Notes under the pieces: model-generated | Database searches by the model: none | What the model was told of the DNA's origin: nothing | What the model saw: only the letters and a program-made list of their open reading frames with translations | Translations under genes and position numbers: made by a program | Assembly: GCA_022866045.1 (NCBI GenBank) | Contig: JALHTW010000028.1 | Span: 1 to 59,840, forward strand | DNA from: Candidatus Aminicenantes bacterium | GTDB taxonomy: Bacteria; Acidobacteriota; Aminicenantia; Aminicenantales; UBA4085 | Direction: 5' to 3' | DNA length: 59,840 nucleotides | In this document: positions 35,997 through 46,200 of the stretch, in pieces | How the letters are laid out: every line of letters starts with the position of its first letter | How positions within the stretch are numbered: the first letter of the stretch is position 1

Positions 35997-37051
35997 AGAT
36001 CTTATTAGTCGCGCCGCAATCAAGAGATACAATATTGGGGGCCATCGGCAGCTATTGCGGGAACGCATTAAAAAATCTGGGTTATGATACAGAAGTTTTT
36101 GACTTTCGGAGAAGTCCGTACTTGAGAAGTCCGATAGGCTCTCTTCTTAAGAGAGTGATAAGAAAAGTCCATCCCTCCCTCCGCTGGAAATTTTCATTAA
36201 CCGAATCATTAGAAAAAGAAAAGATGAATCAGAATTTATCTGAGTTCGTCAAGGATTACAAACCGGATATGATGTTCATGTTGATGGGCGACACCATTTC
36301 TTCTCGAATTTTGAAGGAAGCGAGACAGCAGGGAGTGGTCATAGCCAACTGGTTTCATGATACGGTTCTTGCTCCCACACGAAAAGATTTTGTTCTGAAT
36401 ATATCTCCTGCCTATGACTATTTCTTTATTATCGACTCTGAAGATGTTCTTGACTATGTAAAAATTGGTGCGCGCTGCGTGAGGAGCATTCCCTTAGCCT
36501 GTGCTCCTGAAGTGCATAAAAGGCTCGATTTAACCGAGGAGGAACAGAAAAAATACTGGAGTGAGGTCTGCTTTGTCGGGACGTTGAAATTTGACCGTGC
36601 GGAAGTTCTGAGCCATCTTACGGATTTCGATTTGGGTATTTGGGGCAACTGGATAAAAAAGAATCCCTTGCTCGCCAGATATTATCGGGGGAAACATTTC
36701 TTTGGCAATGAGGCTGTCAAGATTAATAATGCGGCGGATATTGTTCTAGATATTAATCAAGGAAATGAAAATCAACGCTTCTATGTGACTCCCAGGGTGT
36801 TTGAAGTGCCGGCCTGCGGAGCGTTTCTCCTGACAGAGGAAAATCCTTATCTTTCAAGCCTCTACGAAATAGGCACAGAGATCATTTGCTACAAAGATGA
36901 GAAAGATTTAAAAGAGTTGATAAAATATTATTTAGAGCATCCCGAGGAACGGAGGAAGATTGCCCGGAAAGGCCAAGAAAGAGCTTATCGTGATCATACT
37001 TATGAAAAGAGACTTCAACAAATCTTTTCCATAATAGAAAAAAATGGCTAA
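35993..37051 (+). CDS. CgeB-like glycosyltransferase (GT-B, Glyco_trans_1_2-type C-terminus)
   Basis: ATGA overlap with the upstream gene. C-terminal RVFEVPACGAFLLTEENPYL...YYLEHPEERRKIARKGQERA pattern. Confidence 0.65.
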   Translation: MKILLVAPQSRDTILGAIGSYCGNALKNLGYDTEVFDFRRSPYLRSPIGSLLKRVIRKVHPSLRWKFSLTESLEKEKMNQNLSEFVKDYKPDMMFMLMGDTISSRILKEARQQGVVIANWFHDTVLAPTRKDFVLNISPAYDYFFIIDSEDVLDYVKIGARCVRSIPLACAPEVHKRLDLTEEEQKKYWSEVCFVGTLKFDRAEVLSHLTDFDLGIWGNWIKKNPLLARYYRGKHFFGNEAVKINNAADIVLDINQGNENQRFYVTPRVFEVPACGAFLLTEENPYLSSLYEIGTEIICYKDEKDLKELIKYYLEHPEERRKIARKGQERAYRDHTYEKRLQQIFSIIEKNG

Positions 37052-37195
37052 TCATCTCGGCATTTCTGTTTTCGATTATGACAGGGACAAGGAGGGAGGG
37101 CGCTTTGTCGCCATCGGTTAGAAAAAATATTAGAATTTTAAAGAGGAACTGCTGGAGTCAGAATCCGTGATGAAAAGGGAAAATTGGAGAGCACA

Positions 37196-38176
37196 ATGTC
37201 GCACAATGAAAATGTCATGGAGGCGAGAGAAAAACTAAAATGGGTGAAATGCAATCTTTGTGGGAGCGAGAAATTCATTTTTCTTTTTGAAGGGCATGAT
37301 TACTTATCGTTCTCTCCCCTCGCTTTTAAAGTGAGGCGCTGCTCCAGATGTGGATTGGTCTGCGTAAATCCTCGTCCCGAGAATATCATCCCTTATTATC
37401 GTGAATACCGTAAACGAAGTCCTGAACTGGAAAAGGACACCTTTCATTTTTTATCCTCAAATAGGCTTAAAAAGATTAAGAAATATAAAAAAGGGGGAAG
37501 GATTTTAGATGTCGGCTGCGGCAGCGGAAAATTTTTATTCGAGATGAGCAAGGAAGGTTGGGAAGTCTATGGGAATGATATTTCCGATGTTGCCTGTGAT
37601 AATGTGAGAAAGGAATTCGGTTTGAAAAACATCTATCATGGTGAGCTTCTTGCTCTCAAATTTCCAGAAAATTTCTTTGATGTCATCACCCTTTGGCATG
37701 TCTTAGAGCATTTAGAGAAGCCCCGCGAGACACTCGAAAAGATTCATCGGATATTAAAAGATGACGGGCTGTTGGTCATTGAGTCTCCTGATTTCTCAAG
37801 TCCCCAAAGCATATTTTTTAAAGACAAATGGCAAGCCCTAGAATTGCCAAGACACCTTTATCACTTTTCACCAAAAACCTTGAGGAAACTTTTGAAATCA
37901 GCTAAGTTTGAGATTGTTAAAGAAGATTATTTTACGGATAGTCGGATCAGTTTCGTTGATTTAAAGGTTAGTCTAGTGCGATGGCTGGGAATAGAAAAGC
38001 TGCCAAACAGAGCTCAATTCAAAGAATCAGAAATCTCTGCTCATTTTCGCCAGGCTAAAACTCTATGGAGATTCACTCGATTTATATTTAATTGGATGTG
38101 CCTTTTGTTTTCTCGCTTTTTGAATTTCATAAGTTGGAGAGATATGTTACGAGTTTATGTTCGTAAGATGGATTGA
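37196..38176 (+). CDS. SAM-dependent methyltransferase with N-terminal zinc ribbon
   Basis: ATG 37196; the track starts at TTG 37184. CNLCGS...CSRCG ribbon. Motif I ILDVGCGSGKFL. Confidence 0.7.
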   Translation: MSHNENVMEAREKLKWVKCNLCGSEKFIFLFEGHDYLSFSPLAFKVRRCSRCGLVCVNPRPENIIPYYREYRKRSPELEKDTFHFLSSNRLKKIKKYKKGGRILDVGCGSGKFLFEMSKEGWEVYGNDISDVACDNVRKEFGLKNIYHGELLALKFPENFFDVITLWHVLEHLEKPRETLEKIHRILKDDGLLVIESPDFSSPQSIFFKDKWQALELPRHLYHFSPKTLRKLLKSAKFEIVKEDYFTDSRISFVDLKVSLVRWLGIEKLPNRAQFKESEISAHFRQAKTLWRFTRFIFNWMCLLFSRFLNFISWRDMLRVYVRKMD

Positions 38177-38187
38177 AGAGTTAGGAG

Positions 38188-39129
38188 ATGGAAGTAAAAA
38201 ATATCAGTATCGTTATTCCCAGTTACAACGGTAAAGAACTCTTAAAAAGATATCTCCCTTCTATATTAAATGCGGGCAAGGGCTATTCTCTTGATAAAAC
38301 TGAATTCATCATTGTGGATGATGCAAGTTCCGATGGGACTGTTGAATATTTAAAGTCGAATTGTCAGGCTATAAGAGTCATCGAGCATTCCGCGAATAAA
38401 GGTTTTTCAATTTCTGCCAATCAGGGCATCCTCGCTGCCAGAAACAGGATCGTTGTTTTGCTGAACAACGATGTGGAAATTGCTGAAGACTTTTTCTTTT
38501 TTTTGCCGGGTCATTTTGAGGAAGAAGCCATTTTTGCTGTCAGGCCCCGCATAAGGTCAGGCATCGATGATGGAGGCAATAGCTTCGAGAATCCAAGGAT
38601 AGGAGGGAAATTTCGATATGGCTTTATTCACGTGCCTGTCGCAAAGCGGGGCAATCTCCGTTTCTCCTTCTTCGCTGGGGGAGGCGCCGCTGCTTTCGAT
38701 AAAGAAAAGTTCGAGGAACTGGGTGGTTTTGACGAAATGTTTTCTCCATTTTATTTTGAGGATGTGGACCTTTCCTATCGAGCCTGGAAAAGGGGATGGA
38801 GGACAATTTACGAGCCGCGAAGTTTAGCCCATCATCAAGGCGGAGCGACCATTTCGAAATATTATCCCCGGCGGCGGATACGCAGGATTGCCGAAAGAAA
38901 TAAATATTTTTTGGTCTGGAAGAATGTCACGGATAAAAAGCTCCTCCTCCGGCACGTGATTTTTATTCCTGTGAGGATCTTTGCTTTTTTGGTAAGAGGC
39001 AAATTTACGCCCCTCCTGGGTTTCTTTTCTGCTCTAAAAAAGATTAGGCCCGTTATTAAGCAGCGAAGAATTCTGAAACAGGCGGCTAAATCGAGCGATA
39101 AAGAAATTCTCAGTCTCTTTAAGGAATAA
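38188..39129 (+). CDS. Family 2 glycosyltransferase
   Basis: ISIVIPSYNGKELL...FIIVDDASSDGT, NNDVE, and EDVDLSYRAWKRGW. Confidence 0.8.
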   Translation: MEVKNISIVIPSYNGKELLKRYLPSILNAGKGYSLDKTEFIIVDDASSDGTVEYLKSNCQAIRVIEHSANKGFSISANQGILAARNRIVVLLNNDVEIAEDFFFFLPGHFEEEAIFAVRPRIRSGIDDGGNSFENPRIGGKFRYGFIHVPVAKRGNLRFSFFAGGGAAAFDKEKFEELGGFDEMFSPFYFEDVDLSYRAWKRGWRTIYEPRSLAHHQGGATISKYYPRRRIRRIAERNKYFLVWKNVTDKKLLLRHVIFIPVRIFAFLVRGKFTPLLGFFSALKKIRPVIKQRRILKQAAKSSDKEILSLFKE

Positions 39130-39134
39130 GGGAG

Positions 39135-40247
39135 TTGAACGCCAAAAAAATAAGAGTCGCTTTAGGGATCATAACCCGGAAAATCCTGACCGGTCCTGTA
39201 GAAGTTTCTGTTGACCTCACCAGGAAATGCGGCCTGGATTGTCTTATGTGCTGGTGGTGGAGTCCTCTCTTGAAGGAGCGGCCCCCGAGAGAATGGGCCA
39301 ATCAGAAAATAGATTTTGAATTGTTCAAGGAGTTGATCGAAGATTTTAAGAAACTCGATGTTAAAAGAGTTGTTTTGGGCGGGCAGGGCGATCCCCTTTT
39401 GTATCCAGAGATTTTGGAGGCCATCGAGATAACGAAAAAAAGCGGCATGGGCGTGTCCTTGATCACGTCCGGGGCCTTTTTTGGAGAAGCGAGGATAAGA
39501 AAAATTATTGATCTAGGGGTTGACAATATAGACATCAGTCTTCAAGCCGCGACTCCTTCGACTTATGTTAAGATTCATCCGGCTCAAAAAGAAGGGACAT
39601 TTGAAAGAATTATAAAAGAGTTATTGCTTTTGCGGGAGCTTAAAGAGAAATATCAACGTAAGGCCCCTGCGATACAAATCATATTTGTCCTTTGTGCCCT
39701 TAACTACCAGGAGGTCGTGCGTGTCATCGAGCTGGCCAAAGAGGTCGGCGCTGAGTCTGTCGGTTTTAAGAGGATCGATGTGATCCCCGAAACAAAAGGT
39801 CTTCTGTTAACGGACGAACAATTAAAGGAATTAAAGATTTTGCTTGGCGAGGCGAAAGAAAAGGCTGCAAAATTAGGCATAGCCACAAGTCTTGATTTTT
39901 ATCAGAAATTCATTGAAGAAGGTCTTACCACGGGAGTTTATACCTCCGCCTATTACACACGTATTCCCTGCTACGTGGGCTGGCTTTCATCCCGAATTTT
40001 ATCGGATGGGAGTGTGATTCCCTGTTGCGGCTGCTATGATGTTAATTTCGGCAATATCCGGGACATTTCTTTCGCTGCGATCTGGAATTCAGAGCCGTAC
40101 CGGCAATTCCGGAAGCAAAGCATAAATATCTGGAAAAACCTCAATCTTGTCCAGAAATGCAAATGTTCCTCTTGCATCGATTTTGAATTCAATCTTGGAA
40201 TTTATCGCAGATTGCATCCCCTTAAAGCCAAGAGAATCCAGAAATGA
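39135..40247 (+). CDS. Radical SAM enzyme with SPASM/twitch-type C-terminal Cys cluster
   Basis: CGLDCLMC (Cx3Cx2C) at residues 32-39. GGQGDPLL. C-terminal CYVGW...DGSVIPCCGC...CKCSSC. The only possible start upstream of the cluster motif is TTG 39135, with AAGGA 9 nt upstream. Confidence 0.8.
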   Translation: MNAKKIRVALGIITRKILTGPVEVSVDLTRKCGLDCLMCWWWSPLLKERPPREWANQKIDFELFKELIEDFKKLDVKRVVLGGQGDPLLYPEILEAIEITKKSGMGVSLITSGAFFGEARIRKIIDLGVDNIDISLQAATPSTYVKIHPAQKEGTFERIIKELLLLRELKEKYQRKAPAIQIIFVLCALNYQEVVRVIELAKEVGAESVGFKRIDVIPETKGLLLTDEQLKELKILLGEAKEKAAKLGIATSLDFYQKFIEEGLTTGVYTSAYYTRIPCYVGWLSSRILSDGSVIPCCGCYDVNFGNIRDISFAAIWNSEPYRQFRKQSINIWKNLNLVQKCKCSSCIDFEFNLGIYRRLHPLKAKRIQK

Positions 40248-41419
40248 GGGGAAAAATTCACGTCCTTTATATCGCGGCGCAAGGCAATTTTCTGGGAGGC
40301 GGAGAAGTCAGTCTGTTGAATCTTCTCAAATATTTGAATCGAGCGAGATTTACTCCTTTCGTGGTTTTTTCTTCAGAGGGATCGTTCTCTCAAGCGGCGA
40401 GAAGGATGAATATTAAAACAGAGGTGATCGCGCTCAAACCTTTAAAACGATTACATCTTTTTTCCTTTATCCGAGGAGTTGCGAAGCTTTTCTGTTTCGT
40501 CAAGAAAGAAAAGATTGATCTCATCCACTCCAATGCCGCGGCTTCTCGGGAAACGATCTGCAGCGTCCTTGTAGCGAAAATGGCAGGAATACCCTTCATT
40601 TACCACGCTCGGGTTTTGGAGTCTTCAAAGGGAATAGAGAAATTCGTGACACGTTTTTCCACGATCATTATTGCTATTTCAGAGAAAGTGAAGCAGAAAT
40701 TCTCTTTTGTCAAAGATAAAAACAAGCTGATAAAAATTGGCAATGCTGTGGATTTAGATGAATTTAATCCTGAGATAAAACGCGGGGAAAAGGTCAAGGA
40801 AGAATTCCAAATTGGCCGAGATGAAAAAGTTGTCGGCACGGTTGGAAGGTTATATCCATTAAAAGGGATGGATGTTTTTTTGAAAGCTGTTTCCAGGATT
40901 GAAAGAAAAAATGCAAAAATAAAATTTATCATTGTTGGCGAAGATTCTTTCTCTGGCGCTTATCGGAAAACGCTTGAGAGGCAAGCCGAAGAAATGGGTA
41001 TTACGAGGGACGTCATTTTTGCCGGGTTCAGAGAGGATATTCCAGAGCTTCTTTCAGCCATGGATGTTTTTGTTCTTCCTTCCCTTGAGGATTATGAGGC
41101 TTTTGGAAGGGTTGTGATTGAAGCCATGGCCATGGCAATACCTGTTGTCGCTACCCGGAGCGGTGGCGTCCCGGAGATCGTCGAGGAGGGAGTGACGGGG
41201 ATTCTCGTTCCGCCCGGAGATGCCGAGGCCATGGCTGAGGCTGTTGGTGCTCTTCTCCTGGACGAAACTAGGGCAAAACAAATGGGCCTTGAAGGGAGGC
41301 GGAAGATTGAAAGATTTTATGGTCTGAGGACCCATCTTGAAAAAATTGAAAGCCTTTATCTCCGTCTTCTGGAAGGGACCAATCACGAGAGAATAAATAG
41401 GGAAGAATTGCATCCATGA
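40244..41419 (+). CDS. Family 4 (GT-B) glycosyltransferase
   Basis: ATGA overlap. GGGEVSLLNLLKYL and EAFGRVVIEAMAMAIPVVATRSGGVPEIVEEGVTGILV. Confidence 0.8.
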   Translation: MRGKIHVLYIAAQGNFLGGGEVSLLNLLKYLNRARFTPFVVFSSEGSFSQAARRMNIKTEVIALKPLKRLHLFSFIRGVAKLFCFVKKEKIDLIHSNAAASRETICSVLVAKMAGIPFIYHARVLESSKGIEKFVTRFSTIIIAISEKVKQKFSFVKDKNKLIKIGNAVDLDEFNPEIKRGEKVKEEFQIGRDEKVVGTVGRLYPLKGMDVFLKAVSRIERKNAKIKFIIVGEDSFSGAYRKTLERQAEEMGITRDVIFAGFREDIPELLSAMDVFVLPSLEDYEAFGRVVIEAMAMAIPVVATRSGGVPEIVEEGVTGILVPPGDAEAMAEAVGALLLDETRAKQMGLEGRRKIERFYGLRTHLEKIESLYLRLLEGTNHERINREELHP

Positions 41420-42183
41420 TTAGATTATCAGTGGTCATTGCAGCCAGGAATGAGGAAAGAAATATCAGGCGCTGTCTCGAGAGTGTCAAATGGGCTGATG
41501 AAATCATTGTCATCGATGACATGAGCACAGATCGAACTTTTGAGATTGCCAGGCTCTTTACTGAGAATGTCTTTTCCCGGGAAAGTCAGGGAGATTTCCA
41601 TCGCAATAAAAATTTTGGCCTCAGCAAAGCCTCTGGCGAATGGATTTTGAGTTTGGACGCTGACGAGGTGATACCGCCTGAGCTTGCTCAAGAGATTAAC
41701 CAAACGATCGAGAGTTCTCTCCTTTTAGGTTATGACATCAACCGAAAGAATTTCTTTCTGGGAAAATGGATAAAGGGATGTGGCTGGTGGCCTGATTACA
41801 TCCTTAGGCTTTTCCGGAAAGGTGTAACGTGTTGGCCTCTGGCTATTCATGATGTGCCTCAGATTGAAGATAAAAAAAGAGTAGGATTTTTGAAAAATTC
41901 GTTTCTCCATTATTCTTATGTTTCTTTTAATCAATACTTTGAAAAATTCAATCTCTACACGACTCAGGTCGCAAAAGAAGAATATGCTAAAGGCGTTCGC
42001 CTCAGCCTCAAAAATTTTTTCATCTTATTTTTCTTAAAGCCCCTGTTTTGGTTTGTAAAGAAGTACATTTTTTTGGGGGGTTTTCAAGACGGTTTCCGCG
42101 GATTTTTTATCTGTTTTTCTTCAGCCCTCACCATCTTTGTCGCCTATTCCAAGCTTTGGGAAATCGAACAGGCAAAAAAATGA
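41416..42183 (+). CDS. Family 2 glycosyltransferase
   Basis: ATGA overlap. LSVVIAARNEERNIRRCLESV...IIVIDDMSTDRT and LSLDADE. Confidence 0.8.
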   Translation: MIRLSVVIAARNEERNIRRCLESVKWADEIIVIDDMSTDRTFEIARLFTENVFSRESQGDFHRNKNFGLSKASGEWILSLDADEVIPPELAQEINQTIESSLLLGYDINRKNFFLGKWIKGCGWWPDYILRLFRKGVTCWPLAIHDVPQIEDKKRVGFLKNSFLHYSYVSFNQYFEKFNLYTTQVAKEEYAKGVRLSLKNFFILFFLKPLFWFVKKYIFLGGFQDGFRGFFICFSSALTIFVAYSKLWEIEQAKK

Positions 42184-43277
42184 AGATCGGGATCGATTGC
42201 CGAGAGCTCGGAGCTTGTCAAACTGGTATTGGGAGGATCTTGATTGAATTTCTCAGAGAAGCAAGAAGGAAGGCGAAGGATTTTGAATTCATCCTTTTTG
42301 GAAACGAGAAGACGGACTTTTTATCATTTCAGGATATTATTTTGGATTACAGGAGGGTCGTCATCAAAGAGAGATGGACTTTTTGGTGGGATCAGATTCA
42401 GCTCAAGAAGGCTCTCCAGAAAAACGAGATCGATGTCTTTTTTTCTCCCTATTATAAAATCCCGCTTTTGACCAGGGCGAAGACCGTCCTGTCCATTTTT
42501 GATCTGACCTATCTTCTTGTCGAGCCTTATGCTGGGCGTCTTAAAAACACAATTTATGTGAAGAATTTCATCAAATTAGCTGCCAGAAAAGCAAAGAAAA
42601 TCATAACCAGTTCAAATTCTACGAAAGAGGATCTGTCGAAAATTCTTCATCTTCCTCAGGGAAAAATCAACGTTGTTCACTTGGGGATCAGCTCCAGATT
42701 TAGGACGATTCACGAAAAAAACAGGATAGAATCCGCCAAAAAGAAATATGGAATTCCCCGAAAATATGTCCTCTATGTTGGGAATTTCAGCCCCCATAAA
42801 AATCTCAAGAGACTCGTCCGTGCCTATTATTTATTGACCGATCATCTCAAAGAGGAATATTCTCTAGTGCTGGGAGGCGGAGAAGCTGAAAAATTGGGGA
42901 TCCGTGATGCGGGATCGCTTATCTGTATCCCCTATATCGCTGAAGAAGATTTGCCCACACTTTATAGCGGCGCAGAGCTTTTTGTCTTTCCCTCTTTGTA
43001 TGAAGGTTTTGGATTCCCGCCCCTGGAAGCCATGGCCTGCGGCTGTCCCGTGGCAAGTTCAAATACGTCTTCGCTGCCCGAAGTGCTTGGCGAGGCAGCG
43101 CTTTTTTTTGATCCCTGCCGAATTGAGGAAATTTCATCCGCGATCCGGCGGATGTTAGAAGATGAAGACCTGAGAAATAGGCTTCGGCAGAAGGGTTTGG
43201 AAAGAGCGAGACTTTTTACACCGGAAAAAATGACGGGTGATCTTCTGTCTGTCTTTGAATCGGTTTATGGAAATTAA
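42180..43277 (+). CDS. Family 4 (GT-B) glycosyltransferase
   Basis: Start at MKIGIDCREL (ATGA overlap at 42180); the track ORF begins at 42048. EGFGFPPLEAMACGCPVASSNTSSLPEV. Confidence 0.8.
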   Translation: MKIGIDCRELGACQTGIGRILIEFLREARRKAKDFEFILFGNEKTDFLSFQDIILDYRRVVIKERWTFWWDQIQLKKALQKNEIDVFFSPYYKIPLLTRAKTVLSIFDLTYLLVEPYAGRLKNTIYVKNFIKLAARKAKKIITSSNSTKEDLSKILHLPQGKINVVHLGISSRFRTIHEKNRIESAKKKYGIPRKYVLYVGNFSPHKNLKRLVRAYYLLTDHLKEEYSLVLGGGEAEKLGIRDAGSLICIPYIAEEDLPTLYSGAELFVFPSLYEGFGFPPLEAMACGCPVASSNTSSLPEVLGEAALFFDPCRIEEISSAIRRMLEDEDLRNRLRQKGLERARLFTPEKMTGDLLSVFESVYGN

Positions 43278-43279
43278 GA

Positions 43280-46200
43280 ATGTGTGGAATATGCGGTTTC
43301 ATAGGGACGATTCGAAACAAGGAACTATTGGTCAGGATGAATGATTCTCTCTCCCATCGAGGTCCGGATGGCGAGGGATATTATTGTTCCTGGGAAAAAA
43401 AAGGCGGCGATGAGAATCAACGGGCTGTAGGTTTTGGAATCCGGCGACTGGCGATTATCGATTTGCTCACGGGGGACCAGCCGATTTACAATGAAGATAA
43501 AAGTATCGTCACTGTCTTTAACGGCGAGATCTATAACTTTCAAGAGCTAAGAGACCGTCTTCGCCAAAAAGGCCACGGCTTTGCGACAAATTCTGATACA
43601 GAGGTCATCGTTCACTCCTATGAGGAATATGGCGAGCAGTGTCTGAATCATTTTAGAGGCATGTTTTCCTTTGCTCTTTGGGATCGAAGGAACGAAAAGC
43701 TCCTGCTGGCCAGAGACCCTCTGGGGAAAAAGCCGCTCTATTACACAGTTTTGGAGGGCAATCTTTTTTTTGCTTCAGAGATAAAATCTCTTTTATCTAT
43801 TCCGGGGTTTAAAAGGGAGATCAACAAGAAGGCCCTCTATGACTATCTGACATTCAATTATATTCCTGGCGAAGATTCGATATTCTGCGGAGTCCACAAG
43901 GTTCCCGCCGGATGTGTTCTCATCTATCAGAAGGAACACTTCTCTTTAAAGCGCTACTGGGATATCGAATTTACTCCAGCAGGAAATTTATCAGAGAAAT
44001 ATTACTGTGAGGCCCTTCGAGATCACCTGGAAACGTCCGTCAGACTGAGAATGGTGAGCGATGTTCCCCTGGGTGCGTTGTTATCGGGGGGATTGGATTC
44101 AAGTATTATCGTTGCCCTCATGTCTCGACTTTCAGACCGGAAAATAAAGACATTTACCGTAGGCTTTGATGCCCCCGTGTTTTACAATGAGACAGATTCG
44201 GCAAAAATAATTGCGGATCGATTTCAAACCGATCATCATGAGCTGGTCGTTAAAGCGATAGATGTCGAGAAATATCTCCCCAAGCTTGTCTGGCATTTTG
44301 ATGAGCCCTATGCCGACCCGGTGGCGCTTCCGACGTATATCATTTCTGAGTTTACATCCAAGCAGGTGAAGGTGGTCCTGACAGGAGATGGGGCGGACGA
44401 AAATTTTGCCGGCTACACGAGATACCGGATAGAACATTATGCCCGTCTATTCCAAAATATGCCCATCCTCGCCCAAGAAAATTTGCAGAGATTAGTCGAT
44501 GTTTTGCCCCGTTCGAAAAGAATCAAGAAATTTTTTAAAGGTATTTTCATTGATTCTTTGCCCGTGAGATATGCAGCCTGGATAGCTCAACTTTCGGATC
44601 GCCTGAAAAATGAAATTCTTACTGAAGAATTTGATGATCTGAAAAAAACTTCCTCCTTTAATATTTTCGAAGAAATCCTTTCTTCCTCAGCCGTCGCTGA
44701 AGATATCTCCCAAATGTTGTACTTAGATTTTAAAAATTGGCTGGGATATGTCCATCTCATCAGACTTGACAGGATGTCCATGGCCAATTCCTTAGAGGCC
44801 CGATCTCCTTTTTTAGATAAGGAATTGCTTACGTTCTGTTCTCAAATCCCCTCTTCTTTAAAAGTCAAAGGGAGGACGACAAAATATATTCTCAAGAAGG
44901 CGTTTGCCGGAATTATCCCTCGGGAGATATTAGATAAAAAGAAACATGGTTTCACAGTTCCTGTTGAAATCTGGTTCAGAAATGAATTGAAAAAATATGC
45001 CCAAGATATCCTTCTTGATAATTCTTTTTTTAACAGCGGCTTTTTCAACAGACCCCATATAGAGAATTTATTGAGACGGCATTTTTCGGGAAAAGAAGAT
45101 CTCGGGACAACGTTATGGGCCTTGATCAATTTCGCCTTGTGGCAGAAAATCTTCATCGAAGATATTCATTCAGCAAAAGATCACCGTCCGGAATTCGTAA
45201 AAAAAGATAAAATTCTTCTCATTTCTGGCGATTTTTTGCCCGTGAAAGGAGGGATTTCCACTCTTTTCTATGAGACATGTCATAAGAACTCCCAAATAGT
45301 GGTGCTCACAAAAAGAACCGGCGATGAAGAGGCATTTCCTTCTTTGCCAAAATTGAACATCCGGAGAGTCCGGGTCTTCAATAAATATCTTCAGCCTTTT
45401 ATTTTCGCTGCCCATGCCTACAAAATTGTCAAAGAAGAAAAAATTGATAAGTTGATATGCGCCCAGCTTAGAATTCCCGGTCTTGCGGGATACCTTATTC
45501 ATAAGTTGCTGAAAAAACCCTACTATGTCCATACCTATGGCCCGGAATTCAGAAAGCACAAATGGATCGCTCCTCTTATGAAACGAATATTGAAAAAAGC
45601 GGCGAAGATCATTGCCATCAGCGAGTTCGCCAAAGCCCAACTTCTCAAGGAGAATATTCCTTCTTCCAAGATCGTGACATTTACTCCTGGAGTGGACACC
45701 GCCAGGTTTCATCCTCATCTCAATGCCGAGAAGATATTCGAGAGATATCATCTTTCCCATAAGATTATTCTTCTCACGGTTTCACGCTTAGAAGTGAATA
45801 AAGGTATTGATAAGGTGATAAATCTTATGCCTGAGATCTTAAATAAATATCCTCAAGCTGTCTATGTCATTGTCGGCAGAGGCCCCCATGAACAGTATTT
45901 GAAAAAATTAGCCGCGGAGAAATCGAAGGATAATATTCTCTTTGTCGGAGAAGTCCCGGATGAAGAACTTCCCTTATTCTATGCTTCTTGTGATGTCTTC
46001 ATACTTCTGACGAGAGAAGTCCCAAGCAAAGGCTATGTCGAAGGTTTTGGAATCGTTTTCCTTGAAGCAAGCGCCTGCGGAAAACCTATCATTGCAGGCA
46101 AAGCGGGGGGCAGCGTGGAGGCCGTTGAAGATAATGTTACAGGCTTGATTGTCAACCCGCAGAACGATAAGGAAATCTTGTTGGCTCTCGAAAGACTTTT

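Noticed and set aside
37052-37195. Short ORF (ATGACAGGGACAAGG..., 14 codons) as a possible precursor peptide for the radical SAM enzyme
   Set aside because: It is too short, has no SD and lies 2 kb upstream of the radical SAM gene with two genes in between. Nothing distinguishes it from chance.
43280-45170. The AsnB-like domain as a lasso-peptide cyclase, given the PqqD-like gene at the window edge
   Set aside because: It retains the N-terminal Cys nucleophile (MCGICG) and glutaminase-domain motifs, which lasso cyclases typically lack. It is fused to a glycosyltransferase and lies 13 kb away in a different operon.
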